NCBI GenBank assembly: GCA_965208905.1
Contig: OZ242365.1
Location: forward strand, 1,952,001-2,016,000
DNA from: Nitrosopumilaceae archaeon
GTDB taxonomy: Archaea > Thermoproteota > Nitrososphaeria > Nitrososphaerales > Nitrosopumilaceae
Direction of reading: 5' to 3'
Length of the DNA: 64,000 bases
The notes under the pieces are model-generated. The model saw only the letters and a list, made by a program, of their open reading frames with translations, had not been told where the DNA came from and did not search any database. Both the position numbers and the translations under genes were made by a program. Positions 1 through 9,986 of this stretch are shown in pieces; the first letter of the stretch is position 1; each line of letters opens with the position of its first letter.

Positions 1-1
1 C

Positions 2-1669
2 TCATAGAGGTCGTGTGACCGCACCGCGTGAGGCAGACCCTGCCATGGATGCGTACTTTGCAAGAGCCCCATGAGTATAGTTTGGTTTTGGAGGTTGCCA
101 CAAACTCCTTCTGTTTTGTAATGTTTCATTTGAGACCTCCAAGTCTATACGATTATGGGACACATCTATAGATATTACATCGCCATCCTCCACCAGACTT
201 ATGGGCCCACCAACAAAGGCTTCGGGCGCCACATGACCCACCATAAATCCTCTGGTCCCTCCAGAGAACCTCCCATCGGTGACCATCGCCACATGTTTAC
301 CCAGTCCCTGACCCACCAATGCTGCAGTAGTAGATAACATCTCACGCATACCCGGACCCCCTTTTGGTCCCTCATATCGTATGACGACTACATCACCTTC
401 AGATATATCTCCCTTGGATGCACTCTCGAATGCAGTCTCTTCACGATCAAATACTTTGGCTTTACCTGTAAAGTTAGTCATCTGCACACCAGCGGTCTTT
501 ATGACGGCGCCTTCAGGTGCTAGGCTACCCCAGAGTATGTTTGCCGTGCCTTGAGGGTGCAGTGGTGCATTTGGCATACGGATTATCCTCTGTTGCGGGC
601 TCACACTACCCATATCTTTGAGGTTGTCAGATATGGTACCTGTTGTAGCAGTAAGACAGTCTCCGTGCAGTAGGCCATGATTAAGTAGACTCTTCATCAC
701 TAAAGGTATGCCTCCAATCTTGTCCAATGAGTTCATTACATAGTTACCGCCAGGCTTCATGTCTGCTATGTGGGGTGTCTTTTTGCGTATACGCTCAAAA
801 TCACCATAGTCCAGTTTTATGTTGGCCTCGCCGGCCAGTGCCAACAGATGCAGTATGCCATTTGTAGATCCGCCCAATGCATTTAGTATTGTAATGGCAT
901 TCTCAAATGCCTCAAATGTAAGTATGTCTGAAGGCCGTATGCCACTATTCAATAGTTTCACACATGCTACACCACTCTCATATACAATCTTCTCGCGGCG
1001 AGGATCTTCGGCTGGCGGACTAGCGCTGCCCGGCAGAGCCAGCCCTATGGCTTCGGATATGGAGGCCATCGTATTTGCGGTAAACATGCCACCGCAGGAT
1101 CCTGCAGAGGGGCAAGCCGTATCTTCGATATTCTTTAGTGACTCCAGGCTCAGATTGCCTGCATTATATGCACCTACCGCCTCGTATACATCCACCACAG
1201 TGAGTTCACGGCCATCTAGTATGCCGGGCATAATAGTACCGCCATACACAAAGACCGATGGTACATTCAGGCGAGCCATGGCCATCATTGTACCTGGTAG
1301 GCTCTTGTCACATCCGGCCAATCCCACTACCGCATCATATTGGTGGGCGCGCACCATAAGTTCTATAGAGTCAGCTATAATCTCTCTGGATATCAGTGAT
1401 GACTTCATTCCTTCATGTCCCATGGCTATTCCGTCACTGACGGCTATTGTGCCAAACTCTCGGGGTGTGGCACCCGCATCAGATACTCCACGCTTGGCCT
1501 CTTTTGCCAGAGACGGTAGGTGTATGTTGCAGGGTGTTGCTTCGTTGCCTGCATGCGATACACCAATCATGTGTTTTGCCAAATCCTCATCGTTCAGCCC
1601 CATGGCTTTATACATGGCGCGATGCGGAGCTCGAGATACACCCTCTACAACATTACGACTCGATATCAT
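2..1669 (-). CDS. ilvD: dihydroxy-acid dehydratase
   Basis: 555 aa ORF with IlvD motifs [45 protein letters not shown]. Confidence 0.97.
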   Translation of the reverse strand: MISSRNVVEGVSRAPHRAMYKAMGLNDEDLAKHMIGVSHAGNEATPCNIHLPSLAKEAKRGVSDAGATPREFGTIAVSDGIAMGHEGMKSSLISREIIADSIELMVRAHQYDAVVGLAGCDKSLPGTMMAMARLNVPSVFVYGGTIMPGILDGRELTVVDVYEAVGAYNAGNLSLESLKNIEDTACPSAGSCGGMFTANTMASISEAIGLALPGSASPPAEDPRREKIVYESGVACVKLLNSGIRPSDILTFEAFENAITILNALGGSTNGILHLLALAGEANIKLDYGDFERIRKKTPHIADMKPGGNYVMNSLDKIGGIPLVMKSLLNHGLLHGDCLTATTGTISDNLKDMGSVSPQQRIIRMPNAPLHPQGTANILWGSLAPEGAVIKTAGVQMTNFTGKAKVFDREETAFESASKGDISEGDVVVIRYEGPKGGPGMREMLSTTAALVGQGLGKHVAMVTDGRFSGGTRGFMVGHVAPEAFVGGPISLVEDGDVISIDVSHNRIDLEVSNETLQNRRSLWQPPKPNYTHGALAKYASMAGSASRGAVTRPL

Positions 1670-2265
1670 CTAACCAGTTCCATACTGTTCAGCTCGGCCA
1701 GATAAGCAGCGACCTCCTCTTCGGACTCATTGCCGTATATAATCAATACGCGGTCATTCTCCATGGGTTCATAGTCCCGAATGTCATCCACCTCCATGTT
1801 GTTGATAAAGAAGCGCAGTGTGTAGTCATCATTGGTGCAGAACTGTTGACCGCTGGGGAATTGGTAGCATTGGTCTGTGAGTTCGATGTCTAGAGAGTCA
1901 AACAGGAATCCCAAGTCTACGCCAGTGGCGTGCTTGTGAATTGTAGAGCCATCATGATTCTCAAAGTGTATCCAATTTGATTGTATCTGATATCCTGTTT
2001 CATGGAATGGGAATGTATCTCCAAATATCTTTACAAGTATTCCTGTATGTGTGTGCGCACTGTTTAGTGCTCCCGCACCCATGGGTGCACCGCCTATGTC
2101 TGCAGGATCCAAAGTTACAAACACAAATGCCGACCATCCAACTATGGCTCCTACACCGCCTAACACACCGATGGCTATCAGCATATGTTTACGCTTTTCA
2201 GATGCGTGCTTTGATGCATAGCTTGCCCTCTTTTGTTCACGCTCCCGCCTCTCTTTTCTGCCCAT
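1666..2265 (-). CDS. conserved thaumarchaeal membrane-anchored hypothetical protein
   Basis: 199 aa; basic N-terminus, one TM helix, HTH..IHFE..IHKH His motifs, CxxxxxxxxxC; 4-bp overlap with the ilvD start. Confidence 0.75.
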   Translation of the reverse strand: MGRKERREREQKRASYASKHASEKRKHMLIAIGVLGGVGAIVGWSAFVFVTLDPADIGGAPMGAGALNSAHTHTGILVKIFGDTFPFHETGYQIQSNWIHFENHDGSTIHKHATGVDLGFLFDSLDIELTDQCYQFPSGQQFCTNDDYTLRFFINNMEVDDIRDYEPMENDRVLIIYGNESEEEVAAYLAELNSMELVR

Positions 2266-2394
2266 GTACTGTATGGTGTCTTTTTTTTGGCTTTAATTAA
2301 TTAATCGAAAAAGACTGACATTAACAGCATATCAACTAGAGACATGTACACCATACGTTACAGCTCCGCTGAAGTTAGTTGCTTGACATCTCAG

Positions 2395-2520
2395 GGAATT
2401 GTACATATGAGTAAACATTACTCATGCCTTTTCTTGGCGCCTTGTATAGCGGTCTACACAGCGTTGGTTTGTTGCCGCCGTACCACAAGCGCCTCTAGAC
2501 GACTTTCCCCGCCGCGGGGC
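2395..2520 (-). ncRNA. orphan right end / omegaRNA-like remnant of a tnpB element related to 20622-23197
   Basis: Shares blocks with the tnpB 3' end at 20622-20765 (GCGGCGGGGAA-GTCGTC, GAAAAGGCATGAGT, terminal AATTCC) and has analogous stems with different sequence; no tnpB ORF is attached. Confidence 0.6.
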
Positions 2521-2623
2521 AGGCTCTGCGCATAATTTTTTTGAAATGAGTACTACATCTGTTGAGTCTGTGTCATACATCTAACTGTAAAAAATTCACA
2601 GTCTAGCCGATACCATACAGAAT

Positions 2624-3335
2624 GAACTGGTAACTAAACGTCGCGTAAAAACTCCGTTTAAGAATTACAAGATTTTCCAAAAAAGCTGTGGATTTTACAC
2701 TTTGCCTAACTAAAACATAAACTTCACATAAGATATACATGGATATACCAGTACCGCAAACTCACCACATGAAGATTCTACTAGATGAGATGTGTGATAT
2801 GGGATATGACATGCTCGAGATCAAGGGGTATGATGTGCATAGTGTGGTACGACTACGTAAATCCATGAAGGATATCGATGTGATTACATATGCACGCGAC
2901 AACCACATGATAGTAGTTACCAAAGACAACAAGTGTGGAAGGAAGTGTGAGCAGGCAGGGGTACAGCATATACTACTGGAAGATAATATACTGTACAACT
3001 TTCTCGCAAGTAGGCTTGAAGAGATGAAGGCGGACTAAACACTAATTCCAAGAATGACGCGTATATCTAGTCATCATACTCAAGTCGGAATAATTTCATT
3101 ACACATAATAACTCACAACTTCCCTTACGATATATACACAATACACGAGAGTGAGCCGCGCGACAAAAAAACCCCTGTCGAACGTGCCGGGTTGTGTGTT
3201 GAGGGTGTGGGTAAACTAAAGGTATTGATACAAAATGCCGCGCTCTACATGTAGAATTTACAGAGTTTTGGGAGAATACTGTAAAAATTTCAGTGTATTT
3301 TGGCATATATTGACGCGACGTTTAGTTACTAGCTC
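2624..3335. mobile_element. non-autonomous TIR-bounded element carrying a PIN-domain gene
   Basis: Inverted repeats GAACTGGTAACTAAACGTCGCGT (from 2624) and ACGCGACGTTTAGTTACTAGCTC (to 3335), 21/23 match; degenerate flanking duplication CATACAGAAT/AATACAAAAC. Confidence 0.65.
2769..3038 (+). CDS. DUF5615 / VapC45-like PIN-domain protein
   Basis: MKILLDE...D.DVITYA...IVVTKD pattern of Mut7-C/DUF5615 PIN domains; start taken at ATG 2769 (the ORF is open from 2739). Confidence 0.8.
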   Translation: MKILLDEMCDMGYDMLEIKGYDVHSVVRLRKSMKDIDVITYARDNHMIVVTKDNKCGRKCEQAGVQHILLEDNILYNFLASRLEEMKAD

Positions 3336-3410
3336 AATACAAAACGACTATTTTGTATATACTATATTATACGGTACATGGACATATACCATACAGTGTA
3401 AACATGTTAA

Positions 3411-4475
3411 TCATCTGAAGAGTAGATTGAATATGCGTACTATACCCTTGCTTTTGGTCCTTCTTCCCAATGTATGAGTGGGTTTCTCTACAATCACGCC
3501 CTGTGGCCTGAACAAGAGCACGACAAGCAGTATGGAGCCCAGAAGCAGCATATCCAGCCACACAACATCAAAGGGTACAATCCATTCAAACGAGTCCTTG
3601 AAGAATATAATCACCTTGCGCAGTGTTACAAACAACAAGGTGCCAACCAGTACACCCTTGTTGTTGGCCAGACCGCCAATGAGAATCATCAAGAATGGCC
3701 AAAATGTCCAGCTGCCTCGATCATAAGCTATGGCAATAGTGCTTCCAGTATATATTGCGTATAAGGCTCCAGCAATGGCAGCCAAGGCAGATGCCACTAT
3801 TATGGTCTTTATGCGTACGCGACCAGTATCCTTTCCCAAAGACTCGGATGCCATCTCATTATCCCGAACGGCTCGTAAGGACCGGCCCAGTGGGGAGCGA
3901 ATGGTCATCTCACAGTATATGTATGCAACCACGGCCATCACTATCAGAATCAGGCTGGCCGTTGGGAATCGAAGCTCATCAGGTACAAACGACAATGGAT
4001 CAGGAACCTGCACGCCCAAAGTACCACCCACAAGTGGCGGAAAGTTGTTACCAATGATACGTATACTCTCACCAAACGCCAATAGCGTTATGGCCAGATA
4101 GTCCCCCCGTAGACGAAGCGCAGGGTATGATGTAAGGGCGCCCAATCCACCACCCACAAGGGCGGCAATCACAAATGTAAACGCGAATATAACCATCGTT
4201 AACCCCAAATTATCTACAATCCAGATATCCGCCGCAGCCACCACAGATAGATTGTTCTGTATGTAGTCACCCTCAATATTGGCAATGGCTGCTATTATAC
4301 GACCAGGTACTGATGCTGCAACAAAGGCGCCAGCACCCACTGCCAGAACCTTGCCAAAGTTTGGAATACCGCCATAACCAAACTCCAAATTCAAGCTGAG
4401 ATTTATTATAGCATATATTGAAAAGATAGCAATCAGGTCCGTCAAAAATATAAACGCGGGATCTATCGACGCCAT
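3411..4475 (-). CDS. livM: branched-chain amino acid ABC transporter permease (LivM-like)
   Basis: SLNLEFGYGGIPNFG, LRLRGDYLAITLLAFGE, SPLGRSLRAVRDNE motifs; multiple TM helices. Confidence 0.9.
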   Translation of the reverse strand: MASIDPAFIFLTDLIAIFSIYAIINLSLNLEFGYGGIPNFGKVLAVGAGAFVAASVPGRIIAAIANIEGDYIQNNLSVVAAADIWIVDNLGLTMVIFAFTFVIAALVGGGLGALTSYPALRLRGDYLAITLLAFGESIRIIGNNFPPLVGGTLGVQVPDPLSFVPDELRFPTASLILIVMAVVAYIYCEMTIRSPLGRSLRAVRDNEMASESLGKDTGRVRIKTIIVASALAAIAGALYAIYTGSTIAIAYDRGSWTFWPFLMILIGGLANNKGVLVGTLLFVTLRKVIIFFKDSFEWIVPFDVVWLDMLLLGSILLVVLLFRPQGVIVEKPTHTLGRRTKSKGIVRIFNLLFR

Positions 4476-5386
4476 ACTTTACTCCTCACCTTAGACCAGT
4501 TTATTCCTGCCAGACCATTTGGCACAAACAGGAGTGTAACTGCGATTATAATAAGCGGTATCAACGGCCGGTACGCTATAAGCCAAGAGCCAATCTCACC
4601 GGCCAAAAACCTAGTACCCAATACCTCGGCTAACCCTACTAAAAGGCCTCCAGCCACGGCGCCAAATATACTCGTCAAGCCCCCGGCAATGCTGGCCGCA
4701 AATACACTGGGTATCAAGAGCGGCCCTAGATTTGGATCTCCTAAAAACCACAACGCCATCAGGGCACCAGCAATTCCTGCCAGACCACCAGCAATCATCC
4801 AAGCCACTCCATAAACAGCATTTACGTTTATTCCCACAGTCCCAGACAAGTCAGGATTCTCGGTGGATGCGCGTACCGCAATGCCAAACTTTGTCTTCTT
4901 TAGTACAAGATATAGAACAATGCCTATTATTGCAACTGCCAGGGGGGCAATCATTACAATCATGGGTAAATCCATAAACTCCAAATCATAGCTGCGCAAA
5001 GTAAACTCACGAGATTTAATGCGGAACCCATCAGTTAGGTAGTCGGCCAGTATGTTCAAGCCTGCAATCAGTATCATATCAAATGCCAGAGTAGCGATCA
5101 TCTGTATCGAACCGGTTGCGCCCCGACGTGCCAGGGGTTTTAGTATAAAGATATACAAGGCAATGGCAACAAGCCCGGACATCACAAACGCTATTGGTAC
5201 GGCGATGTATGGATTTGTCTCCCATACTCGTACGGCGATTAGTGTCATGTATACACCCAGCGTGGCAAAAGATGCATGAGCAAAATTTGGTACTTTGGTC
5301 GTCAGATACGTCAGTGTTAGACCCAAGCTCAACAAGACCAAAAGACTAGCAAAGACTGCCGCGTCAAAGAATACCGGATTTATCAC
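4463..5386 (-). CDS. livH: branched-chain amino acid ABC transporter permease (LivH-like)
   Basis: GLTLTY...VPNFAH, TKFGIAVRA..ENPDL...GIN motifs. Confidence 0.9.
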   Translation of the reverse strand: MINPVFFDAAVFASLLVLLSLGLTLTYLTTKVPNFAHASFATLGVYMTLIAVRVWETNPYIAVPIAFVMSGLVAIALYIFILKPLARRGATGSIQMIATLAFDMILIAGLNILADYLTDGFRIKSREFTLRSYDLEFMDLPMIVMIAPLAVAIIGIVLYLVLKKTKFGIAVRASTENPDLSGTVGINVNAVYGVAWMIAGGLAGIAGALMALWFLGDPNLGPLLIPSVFAASIAGGLTSIFGAVAGGLLVGLAEVLGTRFLAGEIGSWLIAYRPLIPLIIIAVTLLFVPNGLAGINWSKVRSKVWRR

Positions 5387-5434
5387 AGCAAATATAACGA
5401 AAAGTCCTATATTACACTATTGGTTATATACAAC

Positions 5435-6190
5435 ATGGCATTACTGAGTGTAAAGAATGTTGGAAAGCATTTTGATGGAAATTATGTTCTGACAAGTATA
5501 GATTTGGAGTTAGAGGGCGGAGAGGTACATCAGTTAATAGGGCCTAATGGTAGTGGCAAGACCACACTTGTGAATGTAATTGCAGGAGTGCTAAAGCCAG
5601 ATACCGGCACGGTACACTTTGATGGGCATGATATAACAGGCAAGGAGCCACATGAGATATACAAGTATGGTTTAGTGCGCTCTTTTCAAATACCACAACC
5701 GTTTGTGAACCTGAATGTAAATGAGAATCTCATGACAGCCACTACAGAGAATCCCGGAGATTTATACAGGAATGCGCCCATAAGGCGCAGGTGGTTGGAT
5801 GACGAAAAAAAGCTACAAAAGAAGGCCGATGAACTTTTAGAGATGGTAAATCTAGCCGGTGTCGTGGACAACCTAAGTAGTAATCTGAGTGGAGGTCAGA
5901 TGAAACTACTTGAACTAGGAAGGATAATGATGTCTGGCGCAAAAATGATATTCATGGATGAGCCCATTGCAGGGGTCAACCCAACCTTGGCTCATGAGAT
6001 ATTTAAAAAGATAAACCATATATGCAGAGAACACAAAATTACCTTTCTTATAATAGAGCATCGATTAGACATATCATTTCAGTATGTGGACAGGGTCTAC
6101 GCGACTGATCAGGGTAAGATTATAGCTGAAGGGACGCCCGACGAGATACTAAAGAATAAGGCTGTCATAGAGTCGTATCTGGGGGTGTGA
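5435..6190 (+). CDS. livG: branched-chain amino acid ABC transporter ATP-binding protein (LivG-like)
   Basis: Walker A GPNGSGKT, RSFQIP, LSGGQ, DEPIAGVNP, IIEH. Confidence 0.9.
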   Translation: MALLSVKNVGKHFDGNYVLTSIDLELEGGEVHQLIGPNGSGKTTLVNVIAGVLKPDTGTVHFDGHDITGKEPHEIYKYGLVRSFQIPQPFVNLNVNENLMTATTENPGDLYRNAPIRRRWLDDEKKLQKKADELLEMVNLAGVVDNLSSNLSGGQMKLLELGRIMMSGAKMIFMDEPIAGVNPTLAHEIFKKINHICREHKITFLIIEHRLDISFQYVDRVYATDQGKIIAEGTPDEILKNKAVIESYLGV

Positions 6191-6194
6191 TGTT

Positions 6195-6914
6195 ACGTCA
6201 GATGTAGTTATAGAGTCCAAAGAACTTGAAGCAGGTTTTGGCAAGAGTCACATATTGTTTGGTATCAACTTTATAGCAAAAGAGCACGATATTACAGTAA
6301 TTGTTGGTCCCAACGGGTGTGGTAAGAGTACACTACTCAAGAGCATATTTGGACTCACCACAATATACTCAGGAAGCATAATGTATCATGGTGATGACAT
6401 TACAAAACTGGCACCCCACCAGGTTACACGTAAAAAGATAGCTTACCTGCCTCAGGTCAACAACATCTTTGTCAATCTGACAATCCGGGAGAATCTATAC
6501 ATGGCAAGCTATACACTCAGCAAGAAAGAGTTCAACGACAGACTGCCAGCCATATACTCAACATTTCCCATTTTAGAAGAGTACAAAAACAAAAAGTCCA
6601 GTGTTCTAAGTGGCGGCCAACGCCAGATGCTAGGTATGGGAATGGCCATGATGAGGCAACCAAAGTTGATGCTCTTTGATGAGCCCACTGCAGGGTTATC
6701 TCCCAGACTGGCCGATGAAGTATTAGACAAGATCCGCCATATGCGCGACGAATTTGGTGTTACAATAATACTTGTAGAGCAGGATGTCCGGCGGGCTTTA
6801 CGTCTGGGCGATATCGTATACCTGTTTGCCAGTGGACGAAATGTCTTTGATGGGCCTCCTTCAGAGTTATCTGCGCACCCAGAGCTGGGTAGAATGTATC
6901 TGGGAATGCACTAA
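6195..6914 (+). CDS. livF: branched-chain amino acid ABC transporter ATP-binding protein (LivF-like); start uncertain
   Basis: GPNGCGKS, LSGGQ, DEPTAGLSP, LVEQ; homologous N-terminus (DVVIESKELEAGFGKSHIL) extends upstream of TTG 6255 with no canonical start. Confidence 0.88.
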   Translation, partial: TSDVVIESKELEAGFGKSHILFGINFIAKEHDITVIVGPNGCGKSTLLKSIFGLTTIYSGSIMYHGDDITKLAPHQVTRKKIAYLPQVNNIFVNLTIRENLYMASYTLSKKEFNDRLPAIYSTFPILEEYKNKKSSVLSGGQRQMLGMGMAMMRQPKLMLFDEPTAGLSPRLADEVLDKIRHMRDEFGVTIILVEQDVRRALRLGDIVYLFASGRNVFDGPPSELSAHPELGRMYLGMH

Positions 6915-7176
6915 ATGTTATTGGGTCTACATAGCTCGTAGAACTACCATACACCTGTTAGCGAACTAGCCGTTCAGAGATACTTCTGGTGTGAGATCGC
7001 AGAGGGTCACCAGTCTAGTCGCCTACACGATAAACAAATGTTCGAAACGGAATACCTTTCACATGCAGCGGTGCTTGCTTGGCACTTGTTTTTGCAGCAA
7101 ATTCATTTTTCGGCATATCGGGCAAAGCCTCACTCCCCACAATCCACAAATATGTGACAATACCATATCGTATAAC

Positions 7177-7647
7177 ATGAAAAAATCCATACCAATACTG
7201 GCCGGTGTCCTTATTGTGGCCGGTATTGCCTCATACGCACTAAGCCCTTACCTGTTGGAGTCGGAAATTCACGAGGATTTACCTGATAGTATTATGTCCG
7301 ATGATACCGGTGATGTACTTCAAACGTATGGGGGGACTTTTGTGGGCGTAAATGACGGAATACATAATGCTGAAGGGGTTGCTCGTGTATTGCCGCAAAA
7401 CGACGGCAGTCAGATACTGCGCCTAGAGGATTTTTACTCCACCAATGGTCCTGACCTGTACGTGTATCTGTCCGTTGACAAGGCAGCTACAGATATTGTC
7501 AGTTTGGGTCAACTAAAGGCCAATAGAGGAGACCAAAACTATGACATACCACACGGTACTGACTTGACAAAATACGACCATGTCCTTGTGTGGTGCAAGC
7601 CTTTTAGCGTGCTGTTTGGCAGTGCCCAGATCACTCCACAAGAATAA
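7177..7647 (+). CDS. DM13 domain-containing membrane-anchored protein
   Basis: N-terminal TM helix; H.AEG.A, LRLEDF..TNGPDLYVYLS, VLVWCKPFSVLFGSA DM13 signature; start at ATG 7177. Confidence 0.9.
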   Translation: MKKSIPILAGVLIVAGIASYALSPYLLESEIHEDLPDSIMSDDTGDVLQTYGGTFVGVNDGIHNAEGVARVLPQNDGSQILRLEDFYSTNGPDLYVYLSVDKAATDIVSLGQLKANRGDQNYDIPHGTDLTKYDHVLVWCKPFSVLFGSAQITPQE

Positions 7648-7769
7648 GCGCTTTAATTTATGATATGTCATGTATCTGTATGTGGTATAATGATACTGTT
7701 TGGTGATCTACAAAAGAAGAATGTCCAAAAGATTAAAGAAATTAAAAAACTAATCAAAAAGAAAGATTA

Positions 7770-7902
7770 CGATGCGGGTCATACGTGGTCTCAAGCGCGA
7801 AGATTCTGCTATACTCACTGGGCTACAACTATATCATAACTTTGTACGACCCACATGGGGTTGCCTAGACAACCAGCACCAGCCGGGGCCGCTGGCATCC
7901 AG
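7770..7902 (+). pseudogene. C-terminal fragment of an IS6-like (DDE, IS240-type) transposase
   Basis: RGLKREDSAILTGLQLYHNFVRP, then frameshifted HMGL...PAGAAGI, resembling the C-terminus of thaumarchaeal IS6-type transposases. Confidence 0.6.
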
Positions 7903-8056
7903 ATTATTTATAAAGACATACATGGTGGGCGTTATGGTTTTTTATATTCACAGTAACAAAGTGCAGCTCCGTAGGTTCCGCGCGTAGAGTGGCATGTGTG
8001 TAATCATCAAACTGTGGGAGAGAGTCAGATGTCAGTCTGATTTACAACAGTGTCAA

Positions 8057-9781
8057 TTACCAGTATTTGGTCTTTATCTTCTCAATTACCAGTTCATGTT
8101 CCCGGCTCTTTTTGCTGGCATAACGCTCCATGGCGCCTAGAGGCACACCACCCAAACTTCGGGCTATTGCGTTGAACAGATAACGTTGAGGGCCTTTGCC
8201 ACCGGTCTTGGTCATGAACTTTTGTATTCCATACTTAAAGTTGTGCTGCCATGTCTTGTACATTACACCCAATTGAGCTGGATCCATCTCGTTTCCAATA
8301 TTGAAGAATTCAGACTTCTCCAAGAGTCCAATGGGGACAAACGTCAACGGGGTAACTGTAAACATAGATTCTGGTTGCTCCTGTTCAAGTTCATTTATCA
8401 GTTGTATAGTCTCCCAAGAGTCCTCGGGAGTTTCATCGTTGTCCAGTCCCATTATCAGTGTAAAGGCGGGGATCCAATAATCTTCGTTGAGTGTCTTGAC
8501 ACCCTCTTTTACCACCCAGTGCCACTCTTCTGGAGCATAGGGGGCCAATTTCCTATCAGCATATTTATCGATAAGACGTAAGCTTCCCGTCTCAAAGCCA
8601 CACTGAATGCCAATTACATTGTCTGGACCAGATCCTATGATTTTAGAGAGGTTGGGAATGAGTTTCTCATCGGCGATGGCCCCTGCCAATGTACCATGTG
8701 TGGGATTTGTGTGGGTTACTCCGGCAGACATTATGGCTGTGAACAACTCCTCTAATGCCTCCCTATTGGGCTCCATGCCTTTGCTGGTTCGTGGGTCCAT
8801 ACCGTATACAAATATGTCATCACTGTGAACCCATGCGGATCTGGTGCCGCCCTTTTTGATGTTCACCTCTATCTCATTCTTTACTTTTTCTGGTGAGTAG
8901 TATCGTAGTGAACGTAATGTGACATCACAGAACTTGCATCCTCGACCACATCCGCGCATCACCTCAATCATACCATGCATGCTGGGCTCTACAATATTTG
9001 GAATTTCATCGAGATCAGGCCTATCCCAAAAGTTTACAAATCTACCATAATACGTATGATCTTGCCTCTTGAACTCTTTGATGTTTACCTTAAAGTCTGC
9101 TTTTTTGCGGAAGGGATCCATATTTTCAAACTGGCCATCCATCAGATATCTAAAGAACTTGCCAGCATGTCCGTCTATCTCAGGTGCTATTCCACCCAGC
9201 TCGCCTTCCAGTATCGCATATATGCCAAACTCCTCTATCTTTTCGGGAGCATAATTATACTGCCAGGTTCCCGAAGCTCCAGATATCACCTTTGCCTTGC
9301 TACCCGTCCTCTTCTTTGCCGCATTGATACGATTGTGTAGTTCGGTGTTATAGTATTCATCGTATGACGTCTGTTTTCGACCATAGGTAAACGTCATTGT
9401 AACCGGTCCCATTCCCAGTGGATCCATCTCGTACGTGCCAATAACCTGAGTCTCTGGGCCGATGAACTTTTCAATGTAGTTGGGGTGGGCCACCACCACT
9501 TCATCACGACGGAAGCCGTCCCGGAGTAAGCCTGCCTCCACCTTGCGTAGTCCATAGGGGGCAAACTTGGCTACACCGTTATCATGAGGTATATAGTTAC
9601 AGATAAAGTCAAAGAGTATCTTTGGCGTAACCTGATTTTTTAATATCTTGTACCAAAAGCTCTTTTTGTCTCGGTTGGGATCAATTGCAGGTGCACAGCC
9701 AAAGAATGTAGCCAGAGATATATGCCTATATGGAGACATTAGTGTTCGGTCTGCAGTCAGTACGATTTTTGGCATCACCAT
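8057..9781 (-). CDS. B12-binding radical SAM protein, GDGT ring synthase (Grs)/Gms-like family
   Basis: CGRGCKFC motif; N-terminal IVLTADRTLM and APYGLRKVEA motifs resemble GrsA/B-family lipid-modifying radical SAM enzymes; start taken at ATG 9781. Confidence 0.7.
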   Translation of the reverse strand: MVMPKIVLTADRTLMSPYRHISLATFFGCAPAIDPNRDKKSFWYKILKNQVTPKILFDFICNYIPHDNGVAKFAPYGLRKVEAGLLRDGFRRDEVVVAHPNYIEKFIGPETQVIGTYEMDPLGMGPVTMTFTYGRKQTSYDEYYNTELHNRINAAKKRTGSKAKVISGASGTWQYNYAPEKIEEFGIYAILEGELGGIAPEIDGHAGKFFRYLMDGQFENMDPFRKKADFKVNIKEFKRQDHTYYGRFVNFWDRPDLDEIPNIVEPSMHGMIEVMRGCGRGCKFCDVTLRSLRYYSPEKVKNEIEVNIKKGGTRSAWVHSDDIFVYGMDPRTSKGMEPNREALEELFTAIMSAGVTHTNPTHGTLAGAIADEKLIPNLSKIIGSGPDNVIGIQCGFETGSLRLIDKYADRKLAPYAPEEWHWVVKEGVKTLNEDYWIPAFTLIMGLDNDETPEDSWETIQLINELEQEQPESMFTVTPLTFVPIGLLEKSEFFNIGNEMDPAQLGVMYKTWQHNFKYGIQKFMTKTGGKGPQRYLFNAIARSLGGVPLGAMERYASKKSREHELVIEKIKTKYW

Positions 9782-9986
9782 GCTAATCCGAAAGTCTTTA
9801 TAATTTGTTTTAAATCTTACGCATTTTGATGGGTTGTTTTCAGGCTTGATGAGGAGCAAAAATGGCAACACCTACAATAATCGCCTCCAGAAAATGGGCC
9901 GCCAAAGGTCGCTTATGCCTGTATTAATTAGGCTCTACAATTTACCCGAAAATATATTTGTATAATAAGTAGCCCACACTTGTATT

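Noticed and set aside
819-1673. 284-aa plus-strand ORF and similar long antisense ORFs (e.g. 47347-47889, 62873-63586)
   Set aside because: Shadow frames opposite well-conserved genes, with no motifs of their own
6915-7130. Possible IS5-like remnant ending in GGGCAAAGCC
   Set aside because: No partner end or convincing transposase motif is visible
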